NCBI GenBank assembly: GCA_943704425.1
Contig: CALSCP010001670.1
Span: 86,266 to 150,265 of the forward strand
Direction: 5' to 3'
Length of the DNA: 64,000 bases
Origin: Ministeria vibrans ATCC 50519
Taxonomy: Eukaryota > Protista > Filasterea
Shown here: in pieces, positions 54,026 through 64,000 of the stretch
How positions within the stretch are numbered: position 1 is the first letter of the stretch
Layout: each line of letters opens with the position of its first letter
Notes under the pieces: generated by a model
Databases searched by the model: none
Told to the model about the DNA's origin: nothing
Seen by the model: the letters and a program-made list of their open reading frames with translations, nothing else
Made by a program: the position numbers and the translations under genes

Positions 54026-57000
54026 ATGACATTGACGGTAGGGCCCAAACGCGCGCGGGACACTCTGTAACGAGTATGGAAATGCGTTTGTGTAGAAACC
54101 AGCAGCGTCCGAGTCGGCGCGGCGGACGATGCTTCGGGAGATCTTTCTTCGTGTAAGTATCACGCATTGCCCGTTTGCGGATGTGCAGACTGATTGCGGC
54201 CTGTGCAATGCCGCCCCTGTGCTCCGCTGCGCTGCATGCGCCCGTGGCAGCGCGTGCACGGCCTCGCTATCGCTTGCGTTGTCGTTGAGGGTTGTGTGAT
54301 TTTTTTTGTTTCAAACCTTTTTTCTCCATGTCCGCACCACCACTGGTTCAGGCTGTGTTTCGGCTGTGGTGCGCACGCTGCTTTGTTATGGACCGCACGA
54401 CTATGTGTTGAGGGGCGGTGGGGAGGGTGTTGGGTGCGCTGTGCGGCTCTGTGGACTGGGGTGTGCGGCCTAGGGCAACGCACAGTGGTTGTGCTCGCCA
54501 TCGGACCAATGTCTTGTCAGCGTGTTGCGCATGGCGACGCCGTTGCTGGCGTCCGACTACAATGGGAAGAGAGAGAGAGCGCGCGCGCGCGCGAGGAGTT
54601 GGGCGGCAGAGCGACTCTCTGTCTCAAACAACATTGTGTGTCTAGTATGCCACGGAGCACAGCGCGCCCGGCGGCACCGCGACCTCGGCCATGGAGAACC
54701 AGCTGGCTATGGACCGCGATGAGTTCCTGCTGAGTGTGACGCGCGGAGGTCAATTGGGGGGAACCAAGGACCTTGAGCAGGGTTATCTGGCCCTGATGTT
54801 TCGAGTGGCTGATCGTGGTCACACTGGCTGTGTCACTTGGGGTATGTACAATAATAATAATAATAATAATAAATATAAACGCGCGTATTGAGTGTGTTTT
54901 TGTGCTTTGCAGAGGATTACCTTGACTTTGATGCGTTGATTTTGCGTCCCAACGCTGAGTTTGAAATTGCTTTTCGTCTGTTCGACGAAGATGGTGATGG
55001 ACTGGTCAACATCAATGAGTTTAAGCGTGTCATCAGTGAGCTCAGTGAGGTGAGTAGTTGAACGGGGACAGAGAATGTCTGGGAGAGGGGACGAAGAAAA
55101 GACTAGTGAGGGAGAAAGAGGAGAAAAGAGACAGAGTATGACTGACTGGCTCACCAATGCGCTGCGTAGCTCGAGAGGGGCTGGCTGGGTACTGCTCTCA
55201 CCCCGTTCAACTTTGCCGGTATGGATACGATTTCTTGACTTCATTGTGTCTATTGACTTTGTTCTTTTTCCTTTCTTTGTTTTTCTTTTCTTTTTTTCTC
55301 CCTCTCTATCACTTTTTTTCCTTTGTGTTCCTTCTTTGCCTCTTAGGGCCTTGGGCGACTCGCTACTTTGGTGACAAACGACAATCCTTGACGTTCACGG
55401 AATTTAGTCAGATGCTCAAGGGACTGCAGGAGGAGCGTATCCGACAGGCTTTTTTTGCAATGGATCCAAAAGGGACCGGTCGTATCACTGGCGAACAGTT
55501 CAAGAAGGTTCCATCCCTCATTAATACTCTTTCTCACAACGACTCTCACACCGTTCCCTCCACATTTTTTGTTTTTTTTTGTTTGTTTTTTTTTGCTGTG
55601 TCTCAGGTGATGATGAAGGTCCGTGAGAACCGCATTTCGCGGTTTGTAGAGGCGCGCCTGGCGTCGCTGGGGTCGATGCACCGCGCACACAACTCGGTTT
55701 CATTTGCGACCTTTCAGGCCTTTAACGATCTTCTGCTCAACCTCGACAACATTGAGCGGGTTTTGCGCGACGCAGTGGCCAAGTCAGACAGCAAAGAAGT
55801 CACAAAGGAGCAGGTAAGTCTGGTCTCTCTCTCTTTTGTTTTACATGGCCAATTATCACTATGTTTCTTAACTCTCTATCACTTTGTTTCTCTATATCAC
55901 TTTGTTTCTCTATATCACTTTGTTTCTCTAACTCCATCACTGCGTTTCTCTAACTCTCTATCACTGCGTCTCTCTAACTCTAACTCTCTAACTTTTCATT
56001 TTTAGTTTATGCGTGCGAGTGAATCTGGTACGCGCTTTGCGTTGATTACCCCTCTTGAAGTGGATGTGCTGTTCCATCTGCTTGACACTGAGCAGACGGG
56101 TCGCGTGTCTCTCTCTGAGTTTGAGACAACCATGATCCCCCCTCAGCTCTCCATATCACGCGACTTTCTGCGCCGCTTCCCGTCCAATGCCGCAGAGGAG
56201 GAGGAACAGGCGGAGGAAGTTCTTCAGCACAACAGTCTTACTCACAAGGTAGATCACTTGTTTTTTTGTCCCGTTGTTCCTCGTCTCTCCAATTTCTTCC
56301 TCTTTCTCCCTCTGCGTCACTGAATTCATTTCTCTTTTGTTCTCTTTCTCTTTCAGATTCTCCATGAAATCTACCACTTTGGAGTCGGCGCGATTGCGGG
56401 TGCGATTGGTGCGACTGCCGTGTACCCCATTGACCTGGTCAAGACGCGCATCCAGAACCAGCGCAGTGTTCCGGGCGAGATCCTCTACAAGGGCTATTTT
56501 GACTGCTTCAAGAAGGTACTCGCACCGACTGCCACGGCGCAGTCTTTTCACCATGTATGTTTTTGTGTGTGTATGTGTGCTTAGGTACTGCAACGCGAGG
56601 GCATGCGAGGGCTGTATCAGGGGATTGGGCCGCAGCTGGTTGGTGTCGCGCCTGAGAAGGCCATCAAACTGACTATGAATGGGATTATGCGCAATCAAAT
56701 GACCGACGACAACGGAAACATCTCCGTCATGGGCGAGATGATTGCGGGTGGAGTCGCAGGCGCAAGCCAGGTTGGGCATGGAGACATATTGGACAAACTG
56801 AGACGCGCTCACTCACTCTTCTTCCCCTCTCCTTGTGGACTGATTGTGTGTTAGGTCGTCTTTACCAATCCTCTTGAGATTGTCAAGATCCGACTGCAGG
56901 TGCAGGGCGAAAATCTTGTGCCAGGCCAGAAGCGACTTACCGCCGCAACCATTGTCAGACGTACGCAACGACACTTGTCACTTGCACCCACTCATCATCT

Positions 57001-57939
57001 TCTCTCTCTATCACTTTTTTTTTTATTATTGTAGGACTTGGTTTCTTTGGTCTGTACAAGGGATCTGCGGCGTGTCTCTTACGCGACATTCCTTTTAGTG
57101 CCATCTACTTCCCAACTTACGCCCACGTCAAACAAATTCTCAATAATCGGTATGCCCTCATCTCTCCCTGTTTTCCGCTGTCTTCTGCTTTCCTGACACG
57201 CACTTGCTCCCCCTACCCTACCCCATCAGGGCGGGCGAGCAAAAGTGGTACAATCTGCTCCTTGCGGGTGCAATTGCGGGCATGCCTGCTGCGTACCTGT
57301 CAACCCCTGCCGATGTCATCAAGACGCGTCTGCAAGTTGAGGCGCGCGCCGGTCTCCAGAGCTACAACGTACCCGTCTCTCATTCTCCCATTGCGTGTGT
57401 CCGTTGCTCATTGTTTTTCCTTTCTGTAGGGTCTTGCTGATTGTTGCCGCCAAATTGTACAAACTGAAGGTGCCTCTGCACTGTACAAGGGCGGTCTCGG
57501 TACGTCCACCCATCGCCTGTTTCGCGGAATTTTCTTGCTCAACCTGTTTTTCTCTCCTTCTTTCAGCTCGTGTGTTCCGTTCCAGTCCCCAGTTTGGCGT
57601 GACTCTTGCTGCCTTCGAAGTCATCCAAAACTACACCGAAGGTTTCTTCAACTTCGGTTCATCCAACGAGCCCAAACGCGACGAGTACGCTTCTCTTCCT
57701 TCTCTTCTATTGCTCTTTTCTCTTTGCTCACAGCCGTCTATTTTCTATAGTACTGTTGTTTCACTTGATACATTCCATCTCAGACAGTCCGATCGCGCCA
57801 TTGCCAAGTTTATGGTACTATTTTGAGAATTATACCAATGCTCACTCAACCGCCACCGTTTGTGTAGTCGATGGAAAACAAGTTTGGTCTTTGGCAAATG
57901 GTTAAGATCCAGAGTAATCCAGAAGGAAAGAAGGAGTAG
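54026..57939 (+). CDS. SLC25A12: Ca2+-binding mitochondrial aspartate/glutamate carrier (aralar/citrin), about 17 exons
   Basis: EF-hands ([23 protein letters not shown]); [10 protein letters not shown]; [16 protein letters not shown]; [15 protein letters not shown]; [17 protein letters not shown]; [17 protein letters not shown]; [13 protein letters not shown]; terminal ENKFGL. The start exon (MTLT at 54026) is tentative. Confidence 0.93.
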
Positions 57940-58270
57940 ACACTGGTCTGTATCTCTTCCACTGCACAATAAAATCCCAACCCCATTCTGTATTACAAAC
58001 AATATAAATTAAATAAATCGATAATCGAGAGCTGTACTAAATGTCAAAACAAGACATTGTGCAAAACAAAGAGCAGCCCAATTCTTCCGCCGTTGACTTG
58101 CAGACGAGAATATTCCGAAAAAGGTGTGAAAAAGCCCATAAATATAAAAATAATAATATTATAATAATTATTATTTGTTTTCTGGCATGATTGAAAGGTC
58201 GAGTTCACTCATCTCTCATCAAAAGACAAAAATTCAAAATTCAAAATAATTTTTGTTCATATTTGTTTCC

Positions 58271-58339
58271 ATGACGGATCAATGTCACCAGTGCGACCGC
58301 AGGGTGTATCCGCTTGAGCGCCTGAGCGTCGACAATGTC
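58271..58339 (+). CDS. Orphan first exon of a LIM-domain protein
   Basis: MTDQCHQCDRRVYPLERLSVDNV|GTACGA gives CxxC.x.VYP.E, the first half of a LIM zinc finger. No matching exon 2 was found downstream. Confidence 0.65.
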
Positions 58340-58388
58340 GTACGAGCTGCGATGCGCTCCCGTCCCGTCCAACCCCAATCCGAACGCG

Positions 58389-58417
58389 AACCCTAACCCT
58401 AACCCTAACCCTAACCC
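58389..58417. repeat. Interstitial telomere-type repeat (CCCTAA)4
   Basis: aaccctaaccctaaccctaaccctaaccc, preceded by degenerate units. Confidence 0.85.
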
Positions 58418-58574
58418 CTCACCCGACTCCCCGTTCCCCAATTTCCAACCCCCCGCCCCAGATCGTCGCTTCCTCTTTTCTCCGATCACTCCCTGCCCAT
58501 GTCCGGCGCGATCCATCCCCTGTGCGGTTTCGACCTTTCCTTTTTTTTTTTTTTGGTTTTTTTCGTCAAATTTA

Positions 58575-61475
58575 ATGAGTCGTCATTATGACGACCGTCG
58601 ACACCACCAGCACCCACAGCAGCAGCAGCAGCAGCAGCGACACCACCACCACCACCATCACCACCACCACCAACAGCAGCAGCAGCATCAGCAGCAGCAG
58701 CAGCAACCGCGACAGCCACGACGGATCGAAACGTACCTGACGAGCGAAGAGCAAGCCGTCTTCCGCCACTACGACGAGCCACAAGGACGCCTGATTGAAA
58801 AGGAATACCGTTTTGTGCGCCCCGCCGGCGAAGAGTGGCATCCGCCAACATGCGACCAGATTTTTGCGCGCGAAGGATTTCAGCTTGAGCCGATGGAGCG
58901 CTGTCGCCAGCGTCTCAACCGGGTCAAGAGCTCGCTCGACGAGAAGGACATCCGCGTCTGGGGCATGCACACAAAGAGCACTAACAATGCGTTTCAGGTT
59001 GTGCATACGCTGCGCAAAGAGATTGCTCCTGAGATGTGCACCATTGCATGGGCCAAGATGTTCGAAATGCTGCGCGCGTACTCGCTGCTGCCAGCCACGG
59101 GACGCCTGCGCTCGGTACACATGTGTGAGGCACCTGGCGCCTTTATTTGCAGCACGAACCACTACGTGCGCCTCACGGCCGGCATGGACGCCGACTGGGA
59201 CTGGATTGGGAATTCGCTCAACCCGCACTTTGAGGGCAACTCACTCGACGAGATGGTCGACGACGACCGCTTCATCATGCAGACACGTCCGCACTGGTTC
59301 TTTGGCGTTGACGACAGTGGCAACATTATGCATCGTGCCAATGTCGAGGAGCTATGGGCACGCGCCGGTCGCGACTTTGGACCCGACTCCGTCCAGTTGG
59401 TCACGGGCGACGGCAGCATCAACTGTCAGAACGATCCCAACAATCAGGAGCGCGTCACGGCACCCCTTCACTTCTGCGAGATGGTTGCTACGCTTGGCGT
59501 GCTTGCGCGAGGAGGCTCGCTTGTGCTCAAAATGTTCACTGTGCTCGAGGACTGTACCATTTCTCTGTGCTATGTAGTTGCCAGCCATTTTGACGACTTT
59601 TGGATTACAAAGCCGGCCACGAGCAAGCCGGGCAACTCAGAGACGTACATGGTTGCCAAGGGGTTCCGAGGCATTGACCCGTTGCTGCTCGCCAAGCTTC
59701 TCGAGTACGTGGCGCCCAGCAGCGAACACCCCACCGACCGTGTGCTCCTTCATTCGCAGCACATGCCGCGCTCCTTTCTCGATCAGATCCAAAAGTGCGG
59801 CCAGCTGCTCGCCGACGTCCAGCGCTCCATCATCGAGCGAAACTTGAGCCTCGAAGGTCGCATTGACCGCGACATGCGCCGCCGCATGGACGGCCTGCGC
59901 TACGCCATCGGCCGCGATTGGATCACGCGGTTTGACGTGCGCCCCGTGCCTGCAGCGGGACGCATTGAAAGCCGTGTTCTCATTGGCTGGGGTGCTACTG
60001 CGTCGAGTGGCCGCTCTATGGGGTCGGCGCGCGAAGGCGCTGCTATAACAGGTAGCCTGCAGGAGCGCCGGCAGAACAAGCGTGCCGCCGAGGACGAGGC
60101 CAACGGAGAGCGGCTACAGAGCGACGCGGTCAAGCGCCCTGCCATCAACCCCAAGATGCTCAAGATGATGGGCGGTACGTACCGCGATGGCGAAGGCCTC
60201 GGCGCCCAGGGACAGGGCATAGTGGCCCCCATACAAGCAACGATGCCTCTCGGACGACGGGGCGTTGGATTTGGCGCGCACAACTTTCTCGCCGGTGACG
60301 ACGACGACGACGACGCGGAGGCCAAGGCGCGACAGCTGTACGAGGTCGAAGAGCGACCCGTGCGCTGGTTTGCCTTTTCTACAATGCCGTCTTTGAGCGA
60401 CGAGCAAATCAATGGGCTGAAGGTGGTGCAGCAGCCGCATCCGCAGCCTGTGCGCCTCTCCAAGGTGTGCGAGGTTACCGTTCTCGACAAACTGCTTGAG
60501 AAACGCGCCCAGACGGCCAGCGCTCTCCGTCGACCTGAAATCACCGCCGCGCTGCAGCTCGGCCCACCATTAAGCGACGATGAGCACTCGCTCGTGCTGT
60601 GGCAGGAACTGTCATTCTTGTTGGGTCACGAGAACCTCAGCAAGCACCTTGACGACGGGTCGGCCGTGTCGTTTGACAGTTCACCTGCGGCGCTCTGTGC
60701 AGCGCGCGGTGTTTCTTTGCGAGTACTTGACGACGATGCGGCAGCGACTGTCGAGGATGGCGCGGCAGGATTTGTCTTTGTCGACGTGTCGCACAGGACA
60801 GCCGAAGGGCTGCCGGCCGAGCTGGCCGAGACGGCTGTCGAGCACAAACGGCTGTTGCTTGTCCGACTCATTGCTGCGCTGCGATGGGTACGAGCGGACC
60901 AATCGATGCTTGTGGTGCGGTTTGGGGACGTGCTGTCGCGCTTCAGCGTCGGTGTCGTGCAGATACTGCGGCGCTGCTTCCGCAACATGAGCATTGTGCG
61001 GCCGGCCATGCTGCCCCCGTGGCTGCCCGATCGCTTTGTAGCCTTTCGTCAGCGCCATCAGACCATTGCCGAAATTCTGCGACTGCTCTCTGCCGCCCAC
61101 AGCGAGCTCGCCGCCGGCCATGATGTTCCCGAGCTCGTTTCGATGGAGGACATTTTGGACGACCGCCCTCTGGTCAATCTGGTCAAGAACACCAACGAAC
61201 GCTTTGCCCATCGCGAGATGACCGCACTCAGTCTCGTCAGCAGCGCTCAGGTGCGTGAGACAGTCTCGGCATCCCTCCACGACGCCTACACTCGGCTGCG
61301 CACGGCGATTGCACCACGTACGCACGACCCCGTCGAAGATGAGACGGGCGCCATGAGCACCTCCTCCCCTACTACGACGACACTGACCACCTCGACAACG
61401 ACAGCGGACGTGACTCCCTCTGCCGCTGCTCCTTCAACAACAACGACCACTCCCGCTGCGCTGACGACCCTCTGA
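58575..61475 (+). CDS. CMTR2: Cap2 mRNA 2'-O-methyltransferase with an internal G-patch and a degenerate second MTase domain; intronless, poly-Q/H N-terminus
   Basis: EMCTIAWAKMFEML, SVHMCEAPGAFI, SLNPHFEGN, VTGDGSINCQ, GGSLVLKMFT and KPATSKPGNSETY supply the K-D-K-E tetrad. G-patch: KMLKMMG..GEGLG..GQGIVAPI..GRRGVGF. Confidence 0.92.
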   Translation: MSRHYDDRRHHQHPQQQQQQQRHHHHHHHHHHQQQQQHQQQQQQPRQPRRIETYLTSEEQAVFRHYDEPQGRLIEKEYRFVRPAGEEWHPPTCDQIFAREGFQLEPMERCRQRLNRVKSSLDEKDIRVWGMHTKSTNNAFQVVHTLRKEIAPEMCTIAWAKMFEMLRAYSLLPATGRLRSVHMCEAPGAFICSTNHYVRLTAGMDADWDWIGNSLNPHFEGNSLDEMVDDDRFIMQTRPHWFFGVDDSGNIMHRANVEELWARAGRDFGPDSVQLVTGDGSINCQNDPNNQERVTAPLHFCEMVATLGVLARGGSLVLKMFTVLEDCTISLCYVVASHFDDFWITKPATSKPGNSETYMVAKGFRGIDPLLLAKLLEYVAPSSEHPTDRVLLHSQHMPRSFLDQIQKCGQLLADVQRSIIERNLSLEGRIDRDMRRRMDGLRYAIGRDWITRFDVRPVPAAGRIESRVLIGWGATASSGRSMGSAREGAAITGSLQERRQNKRAAEDEANGERLQSDAVKRPAINPKMLKMMGGTYRDGEGLGAQGQGIVAPIQATMPLGRRGVGFGAHNFLAGDDDDDDAEAKARQLYEVEERPVRWFAFSTMPSLSDEQINGLKVVQQPHPQPVRLSKVCEVTVLDKLLEKRAQTASALRRPEITAALQLGPPLSDDEHSLVLWQELSFLLGHENLSKHLDDGSAVSFDSSPAALCAARGVSLRVLDDDAAATVEDGAAGFVFVDVSHRTAEGLPAELAETAVEHKRLLLVRLIAALRWVRADQSMLVVRFGDVLSRFSVGVVQILRRCFRNMSIVRPAMLPPWLPDRFVAFRQRHQTIAEILRLLSAAHSELAAGHDVPELVSMEDILDDRPLVNLVKNTNERFAHREMTALSLVSSAQVRETVSASLHDAYTRLRTAIAPRTHDPVEDETGAMSTSSPTTTTLTTSTTTADVTPSAAAPSTTTTTPAALTTL

Positions 61476-61531
61476 CGTAATCCGCGGTCTCTTATACCAA
61501 GAATGCAAAGAAAAAAATTGTGTTTTTCTAA

Positions 61532-62704
61532 TCATTCTCTCAGACTCTCAACCCGCGCGGCAGCATCCCTGCCGAGCAACTTAGTAATGACACGTTTCAT
61601 ACTCTCTATATCCTGTGGGTACAGTCGGAGTTGCGCAGCGCGACGCCGCCACGCGTACTCGCTGTTGGCGGTGAGAATCTGCGCACTGCGCGATGCACGC
61701 CACTTTTTGTCGGCTCCCTCAGGCAGCACAATGGGTGTGACTTCTTTTCGCTCGGCAGTGTGCATGAACGAGACGGTGCCTTTGCTGGTGACTTTTTTCA
61801 GGTGCACAAGGCGTGTCTTGAGGATGTTTCGTTCGAACTTTTCAAACGCGGGCCGAATTGCCTTCTGCATTTGTATGACTTGATCCGCAATGCGAATGCC
61901 AGGAGGATCGGCATCGGAAAGAAGAGACAAAGCGGGAACCCATGCAAGACCTTCCGTTTCGGGCGGTACTCCATGTTTGCCTCCTGGGGGAACAGGCCAG
62001 GGGTGAGCCGCACGGAATGCGTGCACCAGATCGCAGAGGTCTTCGGCACTTTCCAGCACAACCTGGCAATGAAAGAGACCGTCTTTGTCCGACTCCCACT
62101 GGGGCATTGGCATGCTCTTCAAGTTGATGACGCCCTCACTCTCCTCGTATGCTTCGCGACACGCCGCTTCCCACTCTGATTCATTCCCTTCTTGCTCGCC
62201 ACGCAGCGGGTCTAGCTTGAAGTCGAAGAGTTTGGCTGAGTACGACTGCTGCAGGAGTATGTACCAGACGCCGTTCACCAGTGTCCAGGGTACAAGACCG
62301 TAGGACGGTGCACGTCGGCGGCTGTCGCCCCCTTGCGTCGAAGAGCCCCCTGTCACAGTCGTTTTTCCGGCCGAAGACGATTTCTTTTTTTTCTTTTTTT
62401 TCAGCGGAGTGACGAAACCGTCGGATGTGTCAGCCATGGAAAGCGATTCGAGCGCCATGGTGGCTTCCATGACCGCAACTGAATCAGTCGGCGCTGGAGC
62501 TTGAGCAGCGTGCGGGGATTCAGCGGCGGCGTGAGTTTCTTCCCCATGTGTGGTTGTGGCGACGTCGGCGACACATGCCTCTGCCACGCTTGTCGTAGCT
62601 GATGTTAGTGATATAGTGGCTGCAGTGGCAGTGGCACTCACTGCGGCAATGACCGCTTTTGTTTCTCCACGCTGAAGAAAGAAATTCTTGTTCCGCGAGT
62701 CCAT
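61532..62704 (-). CDS. Intronless Nudix-box protein of unknown specificity
   Basis: SYGLVPW..WYILLQ, then GEQEGNESEWEAACREAYEESEG = G-x5-E-x7-RE-x2-EE; later ETEGLAWVP. Confidence 0.75.
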   Translation of the reverse strand: MDSRNKNFFLQRGETKAVIAAVSATATAATISLTSATTSVAEACVADVATTTHGEETHAAAESPHAAQAPAPTDSVAVMEATMALESLSMADTSDGFVTPLKKKKKKKSSSAGKTTVTGGSSTQGGDSRRRAPSYGLVPWTLVNGVWYILLQQSYSAKLFDFKLDPLRGEQEGNESEWEAACREAYEESEGVINLKSMPMPQWESDKDGLFHCQVVLESAEDLCDLVHAFRAAHPWPVPPGGKHGVPPETEGLAWVPALSLLSDADPPGIRIADQVIQMQKAIRPAFEKFERNILKTRLVHLKKVTSKGTVSFMHTAERKEVTPIVLPEGADKKWRASRSAQILTANSEYAWRRRAAQLRLYPQDIESMKRVITKLLGRDAAARVESLRE

Positions 62705-63302
62705 TGAAGAAAGCACGAAACGAGTAGATTAGTGTAAGTGTTTTGTCTTGCGAAAGTGACGAAACTGCCAACTTAAACTTTAGTGTAAATGTGTAATGAG
62801 AATATGAGATTAAAGATTTAAAGATTGACGATCGAAAAATCAAAGACATGCAACACCAAACTCTTACGAAGTGACTACACCAAACTTGTGGGTTTTACAG
62901 ACAGGACACAGACTCACGTCTCACAGCCAAGTCACAGTTGGCACCTGTCACGGGCTCACTCACGGCTGTCAGAGCTTCATTTGATCAGTCGTCTGCAGCG
63001 CGTATTTTTCTCCTCGGTGGTTGGACGAGTCATCAACCGAAATCCCACTCTCTCTCTCCTTTTTCAGTACACCGAATCTTGATAAATCTTCTGTTTCCAG
63101 CCTTGGTACGGCACTCGACACCTATACACATTCCACCCAGACAAGATCCAAGACTATCTTGCACGCAACAAGCATCTTCTCGACGAGCGATCAAACCCCA
63201 ATGTCTAATGTTGTCTTTGGGCGATTGTACTTAAGAAATAAGTTTATTAAGTTATAAGAATTAAGACCACAATTTTTTGTTTCAACCACCTATTAGTGTA
63301 CA

Positions 63303-63337
63303 ATGCAGGCCATCAAATGTGTTGTCGTCGGTGATGG
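63303..63337 (+). CDS. RAC1: Rac GTPase exon 1; intron runs off the window
   Basis: ATGCAGGCCATCAAATGTGTTGTCGTCGGTGATGG|GTAAG = MQAIKCVVVGD(G). Confidence 0.9.
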
Positions 63338-64000
63338 GTAAGGCGCACACCTGCATTGTTTTCAGAGTGTCGAGCGACAAACTTTTTTGTCGAGAGTTAT
63401 AAAAAAAAAAAAAAAACCAACCCGGAAGAACTGAATGCCAAGGGCTTGTGTTGCGCCCCAGCATCAACTACGCACTTGGTGGACATCGGGGTGGTACAAC
63501 CTCACTCGCTCCCGTTGACGTTGTCGTGTTTTTTTATATCCTTTTTTTTTTTTTCTGTCTCGCCTTTTTTCGTCTGCACTCGCTTCGCCAATTCCCTGCA
63601 CGTTCATATTGCGCGCGTATGAACGGCGCGGCATGTGCATGGTGCATGGTGGGCTGATGCGCGTCAACGAGGGGCGTTGGGGCTCTCTTGGATGTCTTAA
63701 ACTAAGATTCAACAAGATCTTGCGGAGGGGGGCCAGGGTCCCGCATCTGACACGACCCTCTCGCCGGTGCCCTCGCGCGTCCTCGCGCCCGTTTTGGCGG
63801 CACTTGTTACCAAATGGTTTTTGGTCTATCGCGAATTTGCACACGCCCTCAACGACATTTCGCAGGCGCGCTCGTCTGCCTGTGCCCGGCGGATGCAGAC
63901 GCGCGCACTCCCCGTCCCGCCTGCATCTCTGCCAACCCTTCTAACCCCCCGCACCCTCGTCTCGCCATTCTCTTCCTTCTCGCTGCCCTGTTCTTTTTTT

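Noticed and set aside
62830-63235. Possible small spliced gene (frame PWYGTRHLYTFHPDKIQDYL...)
   Set aside because: Could not build a consistent start and exon chain or recognise a family; it is not the missing LIM exon.

Overview
Gene-dense, intron-rich eukaryotic nuclear DNA from a draft assembly with five N-gaps and many homopolymer/microsatellite runs. It uses the standard code and GT-AG introns. The gene set points to a unicellular animal relative (holozoan-like; inference). Animal-type genes include PAS kinase, an FMR1/FXR orthologue, CPLANE2/RSG1, aralar, CMTR2, Rac, a decayed tyrosine kinase and Notch-type EGF arrays. They sit beside histidine (HIS1) and tryptophan (trpCF) biosynthesis genes that animals lack. 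About 20 genes were reconstructed by hand from splice sites and reading phase. Most notable: (1) a secreted protein of at least 3,996 aa with 16 lamin-tail-like repeats in an (A-B-C-D)x4 order, followed by at least 17 Notch-like EGF repeats; (2) an ankyrin protein with tyrosine docking motifs and a WD40 protein that appear to share an unnamed C-terminal beta-grasp-like module; (3) CMTR2 carrying an internal G-patch and a CMTR1-like linker; (4) a full Agenet-Agenet-KH0-KH1-KH2 FMRP-like gene; (5) orphan first exons (HSF, LIM) that end at poly-T runs, most likely assembly mis-joins. Family assignments come from motifs recalled from memory; no database searches were run.
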